A stretch of DNA of 32,000 nucleotides from positions 36,489-68,488 of the forward strand of contig JAADGI010000014.1 of assembly GCA_013152415.1 (NCBI GenBank), in the 5' to 3' direction. Below the pieces are notes generated by a model. The model was not told where the DNA came from, ran no database searches, and saw only the letters and a program-made list of their open reading frames with translations. Shown here in pieces: positions 1-8,167 of this stretch (position 1 is the first letter of the stretch; each line of letters begins with the position of its first letter). Both the position numbers and the translations under genes were made by a program. Source of the DNA: Gammaproteobacteria bacterium (GTDB taxonomy: Bacteria; Pseudomonadota; Gammaproteobacteria; HyVt-429).

Positions 1-73
1 GACTGGAATCTTCGATCAAATAATAAGGTCCGTTTGGTAAACACACAATAAATGGTTTTTCACTACTGTTCAT
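1..73 (-). CDS. hypothetical protein, N-terminal fragment only (gene runs off the left edge)
   Basis: ATG at 71-73 (minus strand) sits 6 nt after AGGAGG (complement of 80-85). It reads MNSSEKPFIVCLPNGPYYLIEDSS to the edge with no stop. With only 24 codons visible, the product cannot be assigned. Confidence 0.35.
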   Translation of the reverse strand, partial: MNSSEKPFIVCLPNGPYYLIEDSS

Positions 74-121
74 ATGTAACCTCCTGATAAATTAGTTTGA
101 TATGTGTCTTTTATGGCATGA

Positions 122-1756
122 CTAACGGAGTGCAATATAATGCTCAACAACGGGTGGCTGTATTGTTATAGAAATATCACTGATACTTTTTTGCAAAATA
201 TAATCAGCATTGGTGGAGCGCTCATGTTGACGCAGATGCTCCAACCAGGATTCAGTCATAAATGTTTCTACAATCCGACACGGGTTTGCCACATCTGAAA
301 ACATAGACCAGAAAAATGCACCATCGCGTTTACGCGTGCGATGCAATTCCTTCATCAATTTCACAAATTGTTCCTTTTTTTCCAGTTCAATGTGATATTC
401 GACAGTAATTAACACGGGCCCTTGATCGGATTCGGGCTCATCTTCTACTACAGGCGCAGGCCAATGACCAGATGCTGCATTATCAACCCCTTCACCCCTT
501 TGTAGATGAAAACCTACCGTCACAACAATACCCAGAAATTGAGTAACCGCAGCAATAAGCAAAGCATCTGAGATACTTAACGCCTTGGCAAGTTGCCCCC
601 ACACTGCACTACCAAGTGTCATGCTGCCAAAAAATACAACCAAATAAACCGACAGCACTCGTGCCCTCACCCAACTCGGGGCAGCCTTTTGTGCGGCAAC
701 ATTCAGTGTAGACAACACCATGATCCACGCCATCCCGGCAAAAAGCATAAGGGCAACCGCAAGCAAGAAATATTGTGTAAACGCCAAACCAAAAGTGCAA
801 ACACCAATTATGGCGCTGGCGGTCATCACTAATTGATCATTGTTTAGCAGTTTCCTAAGCCGGGATAACTGGGTTGCGCCAATGACGGCTCCCAGACCGA
901 CGGCGCCCAATAATAGGCCAAATCCACCCGCACTTTGGTTCAATTCACCCCTTGCCAACAGTGGCAGTAGCGCCCAGATGGCGCTGGCGGAAATAAAAAA
1001 GGCCATCGCCCGTATTGCCAGAATATGGATAGACTGAGAATGGCGTGCATAACGCAAACCTGTACGCAACGCATTAAAAAACCGTTCTGTGGGTAATGTT
1101 GTTGCGATATGCTCATTTTTCCAACGCAACAACACCCATATAATGCCAACAAAGGTCAGTGCATTCAGAGCAAAAGTTAAGACAGGCCCATGCAATGCGA
1201 TTAACACACCGCCCAGTGCTGGGCCAATCGCTCGTGAAACATTGATACCGATACTATTAAGCGCTATCGCAGCAGTCAGCTGTTTTTTTGGCACCAGTTC
1301 AGGTGTTATCGCCTGCCAAGCAGGAGCATTGAAAGCCGCACCACAGCCAAGCGTAAAAGTATAAACAATCAGAATCTCGGGTGTGGTCATGCCAAACCAT
1401 GTCACCAGTGCAAGTGATATCGCCGTTGTAGCCATTAGTAATTGCACAACAAGCAAATAACGCCTTCGATCAACAATATCTGCCATAGCACCTGCGGGTA
1501 AGGCAAATAGAAATATAGGAAATGCAGTTGCGGCTTGAATCATCGCCACCATGAATGGGTCTGAAGTGAGGGTCGTCATAAGCCATGCCGCGCCCACATC
1601 GTGCATCCATGTACCCATATTTGAGACGACGGTCGCAATCCAGATAAACCTAAAAGTTTTGTGCTGAAACGGTACCCAAGGCGATTTGTCTCTGGAAGCC
1701 TGAGAGTCCTGTTCCGATATTTTAGAATCAGGCAGTTTTTTTTGTTGTGTATTCAC
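122..1756 (-). CDS. MFS transporter (EntS/MFS_3-like, about 12 TM) with a soluble C-terminal extension of about 100 aa
   Basis: 544-aa ORF that is hydrophobic and multi-helical throughout, with MFS-type loops (DIVDRRR after TM2). The C-terminal tail VLITVEYHIELEKKEQFVKLMKELH...WLEHLRQHER looks like the ABM/ferredoxin-like tail common in this MFS subgroup. Confidence 0.85.
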   Translation of the reverse strand: MNTQQKKLPDSKISEQDSQASRDKSPWVPFQHKTFRFIWIATVVSNMGTWMHDVGAAWLMTTLTSDPFMVAMIQAATAFPIFLFALPAGAMADIVDRRRYLLVVQLLMATTAISLALVTWFGMTTPEILIVYTFTLGCGAAFNAPAWQAITPELVPKKQLTAAIALNSIGINVSRAIGPALGGVLIALHGPVLTFALNALTFVGIIWVLLRWKNEHIATTLPTERFFNALRTGLRYARHSQSIHILAIRAMAFFISASAIWALLPLLARGELNQSAGGFGLLLGAVGLGAVIGATQLSRLRKLLNNDQLVMTASAIIGVCTFGLAFTQYFLLAVALMLFAGMAWIMVLSTLNVAAQKAAPSWVRARVLSVYLVVFFGSMTLGSAVWGQLAKALSISDALLIAAVTQFLGIVVTVGFHLQRGEGVDNAASGHWPAPVVEDEPESDQGPVLITVEYHIELEKKEQFVKLMKELHRTRKRDGAFFWSMFSDVANPCRIVETFMTESWLEHLRQHERSTNADYILQKSISDISITIQPPVVEHYIALR

Positions 1757-1779
1757 GTTTATGATCGATATTTATTCGA

Positions 1780-2976
1780 TTATTTTGCAATGCTAATCGG
1801 CAAACCTGGAACGTGCGTTACATCCATAACCGTCATTTGATATAAGTGATAAAGTAACTTGAAGACTTCTTGATTCCAGGAAATATCAGGTTCATGGCGA
1901 CTTTTATCGTCCGCCAACCAATAATACGCCGAGTGATACTCCACAAAAAAATCTACATTCTTTGGTTTTTCTGATGACTCCAGAATCTCCAAGGTCTTAA
2001 CCGGATTGGCTGGTATTGTTCCACTACGCGGGTCTTTCTCAACCCGGAATTCAGGATAACTGTGCATGCTGTTTGCAATAAACTCGATTACTGCATTAAA
2101 ACTCCTGAGCTTAATCCATGCTTGGATCGGGAATTCTCCACCGGGGTAACCTGGCCGAATATCCACAAGTATAAAATTATTCGGATACTGCCGGGCTTTC
2201 TTGTCTAACCGGCGACGCTCAAAATTTGAGAGCGTGTTTGGATCAAAGTTGGCAATCAATATACGCCCACGCACAGGTTTGCTAAAAATTTTTTCATTTT
2301 CCTCTGTAGTCCAGAAATAACCTCGCTCTGCGATTTTGAGAAGCTCATCCATTGAGGGATCACGTCCACTAATACTCCATTGCCGATCGTAATTTATTGG
2401 CCCAATATCAAGAACACCCGCATATTCCAACGCGGCTAAATGAAAAACTGCACGACGGAATTGTTGAAACTCTTTGATATGACGAGCATCATTATGAAAA
2501 ATAGTTCGCACACCATTTTTTTCAATTAATATTGCGCGTACCATCAAACGAAGCACCATGCCAATATCAACACCCTGATGTGCCATAAACTCAAACTTGC
2601 TTTCATCCATCGGTGTTAACAGGCGTTTGGTAAAGGCCTCCCCTTGGATCGGGACAATATTGATCGTTGGGTTTTCAGCCACGCTGGTGCCAAGGGCTAG
2701 TGCCATACCACCACCGCCATTTCTAAGCGGCTCCCGTGCCAAGCCAGCATTCATACGAAAATCAAAAGTCGCTGCCACATTGGGTACAGCAGTAAAATGA
2801 ATAGGCATGTGATTACGTGCACGGGCAATATTCAGCAATAAAAGCTGGGTCTGAATTTGTGCGTGCGCTCTATCATATCCAATCACAGCGTGATCCATCG
2901 CTATTGGTGATACGCATCCAACCAACCCACTAATTACTCCGGCCATCACCACAAAACGGTAATACCGGCGCAACAA
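1780..2976 (-). CDS. hypothetical lipoprotein (function unknown)
   Basis: The long ORF is 1780-3141, but its first ~55 codons overlap the end of the upstream amidohydrolase gene. A TTG at 2974-2976 gives (M)LRRYYRFVVMAGVISGLVGC, a textbook lipoprotein signal with an LVGC lipobox. ATG alternatives lie at 3018 and 2946. I recognise no family for the mature part. Confidence 0.6.
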   Translation of the reverse strand: MLRRYYRFVVMAGVISGLVGCVSPIAMDHAVIGYDRAHAQIQTQLLLLNIARARNHMPIHFTAVPNVAATFDFRMNAGLAREPLRNGGGGMALALGTSVAENPTINIVPIQGEAFTKRLLTPMDESKFEFMAHQGVDIGMVLRLMVRAILIEKNGVRTIFHNDARHIKEFQQFRRAVFHLAALEYAGVLDIGPINYDRQWSISGRDPSMDELLKIAERGYFWTTEENEKIFSKPVRGRILIANFDPNTLSNFERRRLDKKARQYPNNFILVDIRPGYPGGEFPIQAWIKLRSFNAVIEFIANSMHSYPEFRVEKDPRSGTIPANPVKTLEILESSEKPKNVDFFVEYHSAYYWLADDKSRHEPDISWNQEVFKLLYHLYQMTVMDVTHVPGLPISIAK

Positions 2977-2989
2977 ACAAATGGTACCC

Positions 2990-4849
2990 TTAAAATACAA
3001 AACACGAACAGCCACCATCCCAACCAAAGGGATCTCGTGTAGCATATCCTCTGCTTTTTTGTGTTGAGGCATGTGAACGTGAACAACAACCCATAGGAGG
3101 TGTGACATGCGAGGCTGTTGAAAACTGCGAATATCCACCATAGATTGCTACGGGAGACCAGTCTGGGCTAACCGGCAGAGGCGCAGGAGCCAATTTGCTA
3201 AAGCCCCCTGCAGCGTACACGATTTTACCGCCAACAATCGTTAACACAGATTCCACCGCCTTAATCTGCTCATCAGGGATAGAAAAATAGTCATCAGACA
3301 ACACCGCAAGATCCGCAAGTTGCCCATCCATAATCTTTCCTTTCTTGTCTTCTTCGCCTGAAAACCAGCTGCTTCCAACTGTCCACAAACGTAGTGCCTC
3401 CATTCGGTCAAGGCAATTATTTTCGGAATAAAGGCACAGACCACCCACTGTTTTTCCCGACACCAACCAATAAAGTGAAACGAATGGATTGTAACTGGCA
3501 ACACGTGTTGCATCGGTGCCGGAGCCGACGGGCACTTCCATTTCCAACATCTTGCTTATGGGTGGCGTTTGCCGTGCTTTGTCTGCACCATAACGAGCAA
3601 CGAAATATTCACCTTGATAGGCCATGCGATGTTGAATAGCAATACCTCCACCAAGTGCTTTGATACGTTCAATATTTTGTTCTGAAATTGTTTCTGCGTG
3701 GTCAATAATCCAGTGCATACCATCAAACGGCACTTCTTTATTCACCTCTTCGTACACATTGAGCACACGTGTGATCGATTCATCATAGGTGGAATGAATA
3801 CGAAATGGCCAACGATTCTGTGCCAACAAGGTAACAACCTCTTTAAGGTCGGATTCCATTGTCTCGGGAAGATTCGGGCGAGGCTCCAGAAAATCTTCAA
3901 AATCTACCGCAGAGAATGCCAACATTTCACCTGCCCCATTCATACGGTAAAAATCATCACCTTGACCGGGGTTAGTCATTTTTATCCATCTACTAAAATC
4001 ATCCATCTCTTGACCGGGTTGTTGCGTAAACAGGTTATAGGCAATTCTCACCGTCAACTGATTATCCCGATGCAATTGGTCAATAACCTCATAGTCATCG
4101 GGAAAATTTTGAAATCCACCACCTGCATCTATCACACTGGTAATACCGAGGCGATTGAGTTCGCGCATAAACTGTCGTGTTGAATTCAGTTGCTGTTCAA
4201 CAGGAAGTTTAGGTGCCATGCCCAAAGTAGAGTACAAAATAAATGCATTGGGCTGTGCAATCAGTAGGCCTGTAGGATGACCGCCCTTGTCCCGCTGAAT
4301 TTCACCACCGGGTGGATTCGGTGTATCTTTTGAATATCCCAATACACGCAGGGCGGCCTGATTGAGAATAGCCCGCGCATATAAATGTAATACCATCACC
4401 GGGGTATCCGGCGCAGCGCTATTAATTTCGGCCAACGTCGGCATACGTCGCTCAGCAAACTGGAACTCTGACCACCCACCGATAACACGAACCCATTGAC
4501 CATTGGGTGTGCGCTGTACTTGCTCCCGCAACATACGCAAGCCGTCTGCAAGCGATGGTACACCATCCCAACGCAACTCCAGATTGTAATTTAGACCACC
4601 ACGAATCAGATGAGTATGTGAGTCATTAAGTCCCGGAATAACTGTGCGCTGTACCAGATCAATAGCCTGGGTATCATTATTTCGATACCGCATAATTTCC
4701 TTTTCGGACCCAATGGCCATGAATTGGTCATCTTTGATTGCGACAGCAGAGACAAAGGCATTCTTTTTATCCATCGTTGCAATGCGACCATTAAACAAAA
4801 TTATGTCCGCATATTCTTCAACACCATTATTTAGATCAGAAACCATCAT
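2990..4849 (-). CDS. metal-dependent amidohydrolase, Amidohydro_3 / YtcJ-like family
   Basis: 619-aa ORF. The N-terminus has ADIILFNGRIATMD...VIPGLNDSHTHL (metal-binding HxH). Later motifs are IHSTYDE, IIDHAE and GSGTDA, typical of the TIM-barrel amidohydrolase_3 group. AAGGTGA lies just upstream of the tandem ATGs at 4849/4846. Confidence 0.85.
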   Translation of the reverse strand: MMVSDLNNGVEEYADIILFNGRIATMDKKNAFVSAVAIKDDQFMAIGSEKEIMRYRNNDTQAIDLVQRTVIPGLNDSHTHLIRGGLNYNLELRWDGVPSLADGLRMLREQVQRTPNGQWVRVIGGWSEFQFAERRMPTLAEINSAAPDTPVMVLHLYARAILNQAALRVLGYSKDTPNPPGGEIQRDKGGHPTGLLIAQPNAFILYSTLGMAPKLPVEQQLNSTRQFMRELNRLGITSVIDAGGGFQNFPDDYEVIDQLHRDNQLTVRIAYNLFTQQPGQEMDDFSRWIKMTNPGQGDDFYRMNGAGEMLAFSAVDFEDFLEPRPNLPETMESDLKEVVTLLAQNRWPFRIHSTYDESITRVLNVYEEVNKEVPFDGMHWIIDHAETISEQNIERIKALGGGIAIQHRMAYQGEYFVARYGADKARQTPPISKMLEMEVPVGSGTDATRVASYNPFVSLYWLVSGKTVGGLCLYSENNCLDRMEALRLWTVGSSWFSGEEDKKGKIMDGQLADLAVLSDDYFSIPDEQIKAVESVLTIVGGKIVYAAGGFSKLAPAPLPVSPDWSPVAIYGGYSQFSTASHVTPPMGCCSRSHASTQKSRGYATRDPFGWDGGCSCFVF

Positions 4850-4931
4850 CTCACCTTCCCGCTATCAGCAACCTTTCTCTGGTCTTCATCCACAAAGAAC
4901 TTACTTAGAAATTCACATCTTAGTTCCTTAA

Positions 4932-5582
4932 TTATGCTCTTTCCTTGCGACTTGCAGGTTGCCCATGAACCATCGTGTATGCATATTCAACGCCCATGCC
5001 GTAAGCACCACTATGCTCTTTCACAATTTCAATAACGGCGTCATAGGTATCTTTGCGTGCCCAATCGCGTTGGAATTCAAGTAACACCTGTTGCCAGGTT
5101 ACGGGTATAGCACCTGCTTGGGTGATACGTTGTATTGCCATATCGTGCGCCACTGGAGAGGTTCCGCCCGAGGCATCAACTACCGCATACACTTCATACC
5201 CCGCTGCCATTGCTTCTAGTGCAGGAAAAGCAAGGCATACTTCGGTCCATAAAGCGGCAATCACCAATTTCTGGCGGCCGGCTTTTTCTACTTCTGAGAC
5301 AAATTTAGCGTCTTCCCATGAATTCATTGAGGTGCGCTCAACAGGTTCATGAGTCGGAAAAATATCGAGCAACTGCGGCCACATTTGGCCACTGAAACTT
5401 TCTGTCTCAACAGTAGTCAGGATCGTAGGTACACCAAACACCTTCGCGGCCTTAGCCAAGCCCAGCACATTATTCATCAACAGATGGCGATCGATGGAGG
5501 CGACCCCAAAGGACATCTGTGGTTGGTGATCGATAAAAATTACCGTACAGTTATCTGCATTAAGAAGCTGCAATTTAGACAT
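4932..5582 (-). CDS. isochorismatase-family cysteine hydrolase (YcaC-like)
   Basis: TVIFIDHQPQM near the N-terminus and AALWTEVCLAFPAL (catalytic Cys context) match the isochorismatase/YcaC family. I moved the start to the ATG at 5580-5582 (MSKLQLL...), which has AAGGAG 6 nt upstream. The longer ORF to 5624 would overlap the pirin stop. Confidence 0.85.
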   Translation of the reverse strand: MSKLQLLNADNCTVIFIDHQPQMSFGVASIDRHLLMNNVLGLAKAAKVFGVPTILTTVETESFSGQMWPQLLDIFPTHEPVERTSMNSWEDAKFVSEVEKAGRQKLVIAALWTEVCLAFPALEAMAAGYEVYAVVDASGGTSPVAHDMAIQRITQAGAIPVTWQQVLLEFQRDWARKDTYDAVIEIVKEHSGAYGMGVEYAYTMVHGQPASRKERA

Positions 5583-5620
5583 GGATTTCTCCTTTGATGA
5601 TTTATCTTTAGTTTTATTTT

Positions 5621-6319
5621 TCACGGAAGATCAAATAAAAGTATTTCCGCACGATCAAGACCACTTATAGTAATTTGTTTTTCATCAACCACTTTGGCAC
5701 CACCCCCTTCGCCTATATTAGTATCGTTCAACATTATGCTGCCTGTTGCTACATGCAGATAAACCTTACGAATCGGGCTGATAGCGTAATCAATTTGTTG
5801 CGCCTCTTTTAAAACAGAGACGTAAAGCTTTATGTCCTGATGGACTACAATAGAACCATCTTCACCATCGACAGAAGCAATTAATTTTAAGGCCCCACGT
5901 TTCTCTTCAATGGAAACATGTATTTGTTCATAGCTTGGGTCTATACCCAACTCATTAGGCTGTATCCAGATTTGCAAAAACCGTACAGGGTGTTCTTTTG
6001 ATGCATTAAATTCACTGTGAGTAATGCCTTTTCCTGCGCTCATTCTTTGCGCATCTCCGGGAAAAATAATAGAGGTATTACCCATACTGTCTTTGTGCTC
6101 CAGCTCTCCACTCAACACATATGTAATAATCTCCATATCCTGATGGGAGTGGGTGGGGAAACCTCCGCCTGGGACCACGCGGTCATCATTAATCACACGT
6201 AATTCTGAAAACCCCATTTGTTCAGGGTCATAATAATCAGAGAAAGAAAAAGTATGATAGCTATCCAGCCAATCAATTTGTGACCGCCCTCTCTCTTTTG
6301 CCCTGCGTAGGGTTATCAT
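5621..6319 (-). CDS. pirin family protein (YhhW-like bicupin)
   Basis: RGRSQIDWLDSYHTFSF and GFPTHSHQDMEIITYVLSGELEH are the pirin N-terminal cupin signatures. The start is set to the ATG at 6317-6319 (MITLRRAKERG), with GAGGAG 6 nt upstream. Confidence 0.9.
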   Translation of the reverse strand: MITLRRAKERGRSQIDWLDSYHTFSFSDYYDPEQMGFSELRVINDDRVVPGGGFPTHSHQDMEIITYVLSGELEHKDSMGNTSIIFPGDAQRMSAGKGITHSEFNASKEHPVRFLQIWIQPNELGIDPSYEQIHVSIEEKRGALKLIASVDGEDGSIVVHQDIKLYVSVLKEAQQIDYAISPIRKVYLHVATGSIMLNDTNIGEGGGAKVVDEKQITISGLDRAEILLFDLP

Positions 6320-6429
6320 CACATGCTCCTCAATAAATTGAGACACATAGACTCCAGCCAACCACAATGAAATAGTGGCAAACCTGCGTGGTGAACAATG
6401 ATAGGAATACTAGTGGAAGAGTGTAACTA

Positions 6430-7194
6430 TCAAAAATGATAGTTCGGTACTGAATTATGAGGAAATTGTGGGGAGATCAAACCAAGCAAAACAGATTTTG
6501 CAATGGCCTGGCTGCGATTTGTAACATTTAGTTTCTGGATCGAGTTTTTTAAATGAAACACCACTGTCGCTTCAGAAATACTTAGAATTGCCGCAATATC
6601 ATGCGCAGTTTTTCCTTCTGCCACCCATACCAAGCAGGTTTTCTCACGCTCAGTCAGATGGATACTCAATGTACTTTTCTGAGATTGTTGAAATAATTGA
6701 CTGATACGCTCATGTATAAAAGGTTGTAAGGCATTCATGTAAATGATCGCATGGCGTTGCTGCGCAGAATCTTTAGCCATGCTTCTATCTACAGCCAAAC
6801 TGATGAGACCCGTTTTTCCATCAAAATGAGACGTGCCTATACTTATTCCATCACATAATTTGAATTCCTCCGCCTCACCAAAAAATTTACGCACAACTCC
6901 TTCGGTATGTTCATTATAATGCTTCCAGTGATAGGGGGATTGCGAGTTAAAGCAATGTAATGCAACGGGATCGATATTGACATAACCCCGCTCACTGTAA
7001 CGCTCGACCCACTCAGAAGGATAGTCGCCTACAAAAACTGTTGAACTTCGAGTAAAGGTCTCGGGGCATTTGACTACATAGATGATATTTCTAAAATTCA
7101 GATGCTCTCTTATTTTTACTAAAATACATCTAATACCAGATAGATCATTGCTGGTTTTTATTTTTTCGATAATATCAACAAGCCATTGATCCAT
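6430..7194 (-). CDS. LuxR-family transcriptional regulator with an N-terminal autoinducer-binding domain and a C-terminal LuxR/GerE HTH
   Basis: YPSEWVERYSERGYVNIDPV...PYHW keeps the W/Y/D-P/W ligand-pocket pattern of AHL receptors. The C-terminal LTEREKTCLVWVAEGKTAHDIAAILSISEATVVFHLKNSIQKL is a GerE-type HTH. The ATG at 7192-7194 follows AGGTG. The track start at 7203 is a GTG lying inside that RBS. Confidence 0.85.
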   Translation of the reverse strand: MDQWLVDIIEKIKTSNDLSGIRCILVKIREHLNFRNIIYVVKCPETFTRSSTVFVGDYPSEWVERYSERGYVNIDPVALHCFNSQSPYHWKHYNEHTEGVVRKFFGEAEEFKLCDGISIGTSHFDGKTGLISLAVDRSMAKDSAQQRHAIIYMNALQPFIHERISQLFQQSQKSTLSIHLTEREKTCLVWVAEGKTAHDIAAILSISEATVVFHLKNSIQKLNVTNRSQAIAKSVLLGLISPQFPHNSVPNYHF

Positions 7195-7207
7195 TTCATT
7201 CACCTGG

Positions 7208-7219
7208 TTACTTAAGTAA
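7208..7219. promoter_or_regulatory. perfect 12-bp palindrome TTACTTAAGTAA in the luxR-type gene leader (candidate operator)
   Basis: Read directly from the sequence, 14-25 nt upstream of the ATG at 7194. A TACT..AGTA core is reminiscent of HxlR/YodB-type boxes, but no binding protein can be assigned. Confidence 0.3.
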
Positions 7220-7226
7220 TGACATA

Positions 7227-7246
7227 GAAAGAAAGAAAGAAAGAAA
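7227..7246. repeat. tetranucleotide simple-sequence repeat (GAAA)x5
   Basis: gaaagaaagaaagaaagaaa read directly. It lies 33-52 nt upstream of the luxR-type start codon, in the divergent luxR/hxlR intergenic region. Confidence 0.9.
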
Positions 7247-7397
7247 TATATGTAATGCGCAACGGCAACAACAAATTACCAGGGGGGGTATTATTACCAA
7301 CCCTATTTATACCGAGGTGAGGGGCCTTGCATGTTTATATATTCTGCTGGCCGTGTTATGTTAATAATAACTTAAAATATTGGAATTTATAACATGG

Positions 7398-7411
7398 TTA
7401 CCAGTTGGTAA
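7398..7411. promoter_or_regulatory. inverted repeat TTACCA-GT-TGGTAA upstream of the HxlR-family gene (candidate operator)
   Basis: Read directly, 25-38 nt upstream of the ATG at 7436. Additional ATTACCA half-sites lie near 7276 and 7293. Confidence 0.3.
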
Positions 7412-7435
7412 TCATCCAATTTAGCGGAACTAACG

Positions 7436-7762
7436 ATGCTTGAGCCTTTGTCAGATTGCGAACTTGGTCCTTGCGTTAAACTATTAGCGGGTGCATGGAC
7501 TTTAGAAATTTTCTTTTATCTAAAGGATAGACCTCTGTATTTTGGGGAACTTAAACGCAGCTTGGGATCTGTCTCGGCCAAGGTGCTTACAGCACGGCTA
7601 CGGGAACTTGAACAACGGGGAGTGGTCGAAAGATCGGTATTAGGTGGCACACCCCCAAACGTAGAATACAAACTTTCTGATATGGGTCAAGAATTAATCC
7701 CGGTTTTGGATTCATTTTCGGAAGTTAGCCGGAGACTGAATAAATACAACAAGACTCAGTAA
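7436..7762 (+). CDS. HxlR-family winged-helix transcriptional regulator
   Basis: 108 aa. CVKLLAGAWTLEIFFYL...FGELKRSL.SVSAKVLTARLRELEQRGVVERSV...PPNVEYKLSDMGQEL is the canonical HxlR pattern. Confidence 0.9.
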   Translation: MLEPLSDCELGPCVKLLAGAWTLEIFFYLKDRPLYFGELKRSLGSVSAKVLTARLRELEQRGVVERSVLGGTPPNVEYKLSDMGQELIPVLDSFSEVSRRLNKYNKTQ

Positions 7763-7787
7763 TTAAGAAAATACAGGATTACCCCCC

Positions 7788-7957
7788 TTAGCAAAGGTGC
7801 TTTCTGGTCCCTTCTACCCCACAAGGAAGCACCGAGGTCCCCCAGGAGAAGCTTAAGATGAGGGAAGTAGATACTTTAAGTAAAAAGCAGATTTTGTTGT
7901 TATCCCCTCACCCCAACCCTTTTATGCCCTAGGGGTGCTCCCGGAGGGAGAGGGGGC
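7788..7957. repeat. intergenic mosaic repeat, copy A (shares modules with 17385-17540, 18548-18732 and 28962-29020)
   Basis: ttctaccccacaaggaagcaccgaggtcc (7812-7840) matches 18677-18705 at 25 of 29 positions. ttttatgccct (7920-7930) and ctcccggag (7938-7946) match the reverse complement of 17402-17412 and 17385-17392. A local hairpin GGTGCTTTC/GGAAGCACC spans 7796-7832. Confidence 0.55.
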
Positions 7958-8167
7958 TTAAGTAAGTGCCATTCCAACCTGACCCTATATATTTTCTAAA
8001 AAAAAGACAGTAATTTGTAAGCGCAATATCGCAACCTTACCGTTGACCGTAACGTAAAAATCATAATTTTTCTTTTCCTTCCCGTCCTTGCAAGTGTATC
8101 ATCTTCCCTATCTATTCAATGGTAAAGAGATCAGTTTTTGTCTGTATGCCAATTGGAGGTCCAACCA

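Noticed and set aside
1780-3141. Full 453-aa version of the lipoprotein ORF, starting at 3141.
   Set aside because: Its first ~50 codons overlap the 3' end of the amidohydrolase gene in another frame and encode no signal-like sequence. An internal TTG at 2976 yields a perfect lipoprotein signal peptide.
3698-4183. Antisense or alternative-frame ORFs inside long genes. Examples: 3698-4183, 10589-10972, 12883-13344, 16509-16952, 18761-19156, 18852-19247, 21184-21612, 22029-22478, 25151-25447, 27678-27989, 28289-28624, 29198-29704, 31075-31380.
   Set aside because: Each lies wholly within a confidently identified gene, either on the opposite strand or in a different frame of the same strand. 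They have low-complexity or biased composition and no RBS or domain signal. They are shadow ORFs.
7900-7957. The stretch cccctcaccccaaccc...ctcccggagggagaggggg, considered as a CRISPR-like or coding Pro/Gly-rich repeat.
   Set aside because: It is a single occurrence with no spacer-repeat periodicity and no ORF. It is better explained as a hairpin-forming part of the dispersed intergenic repeat.
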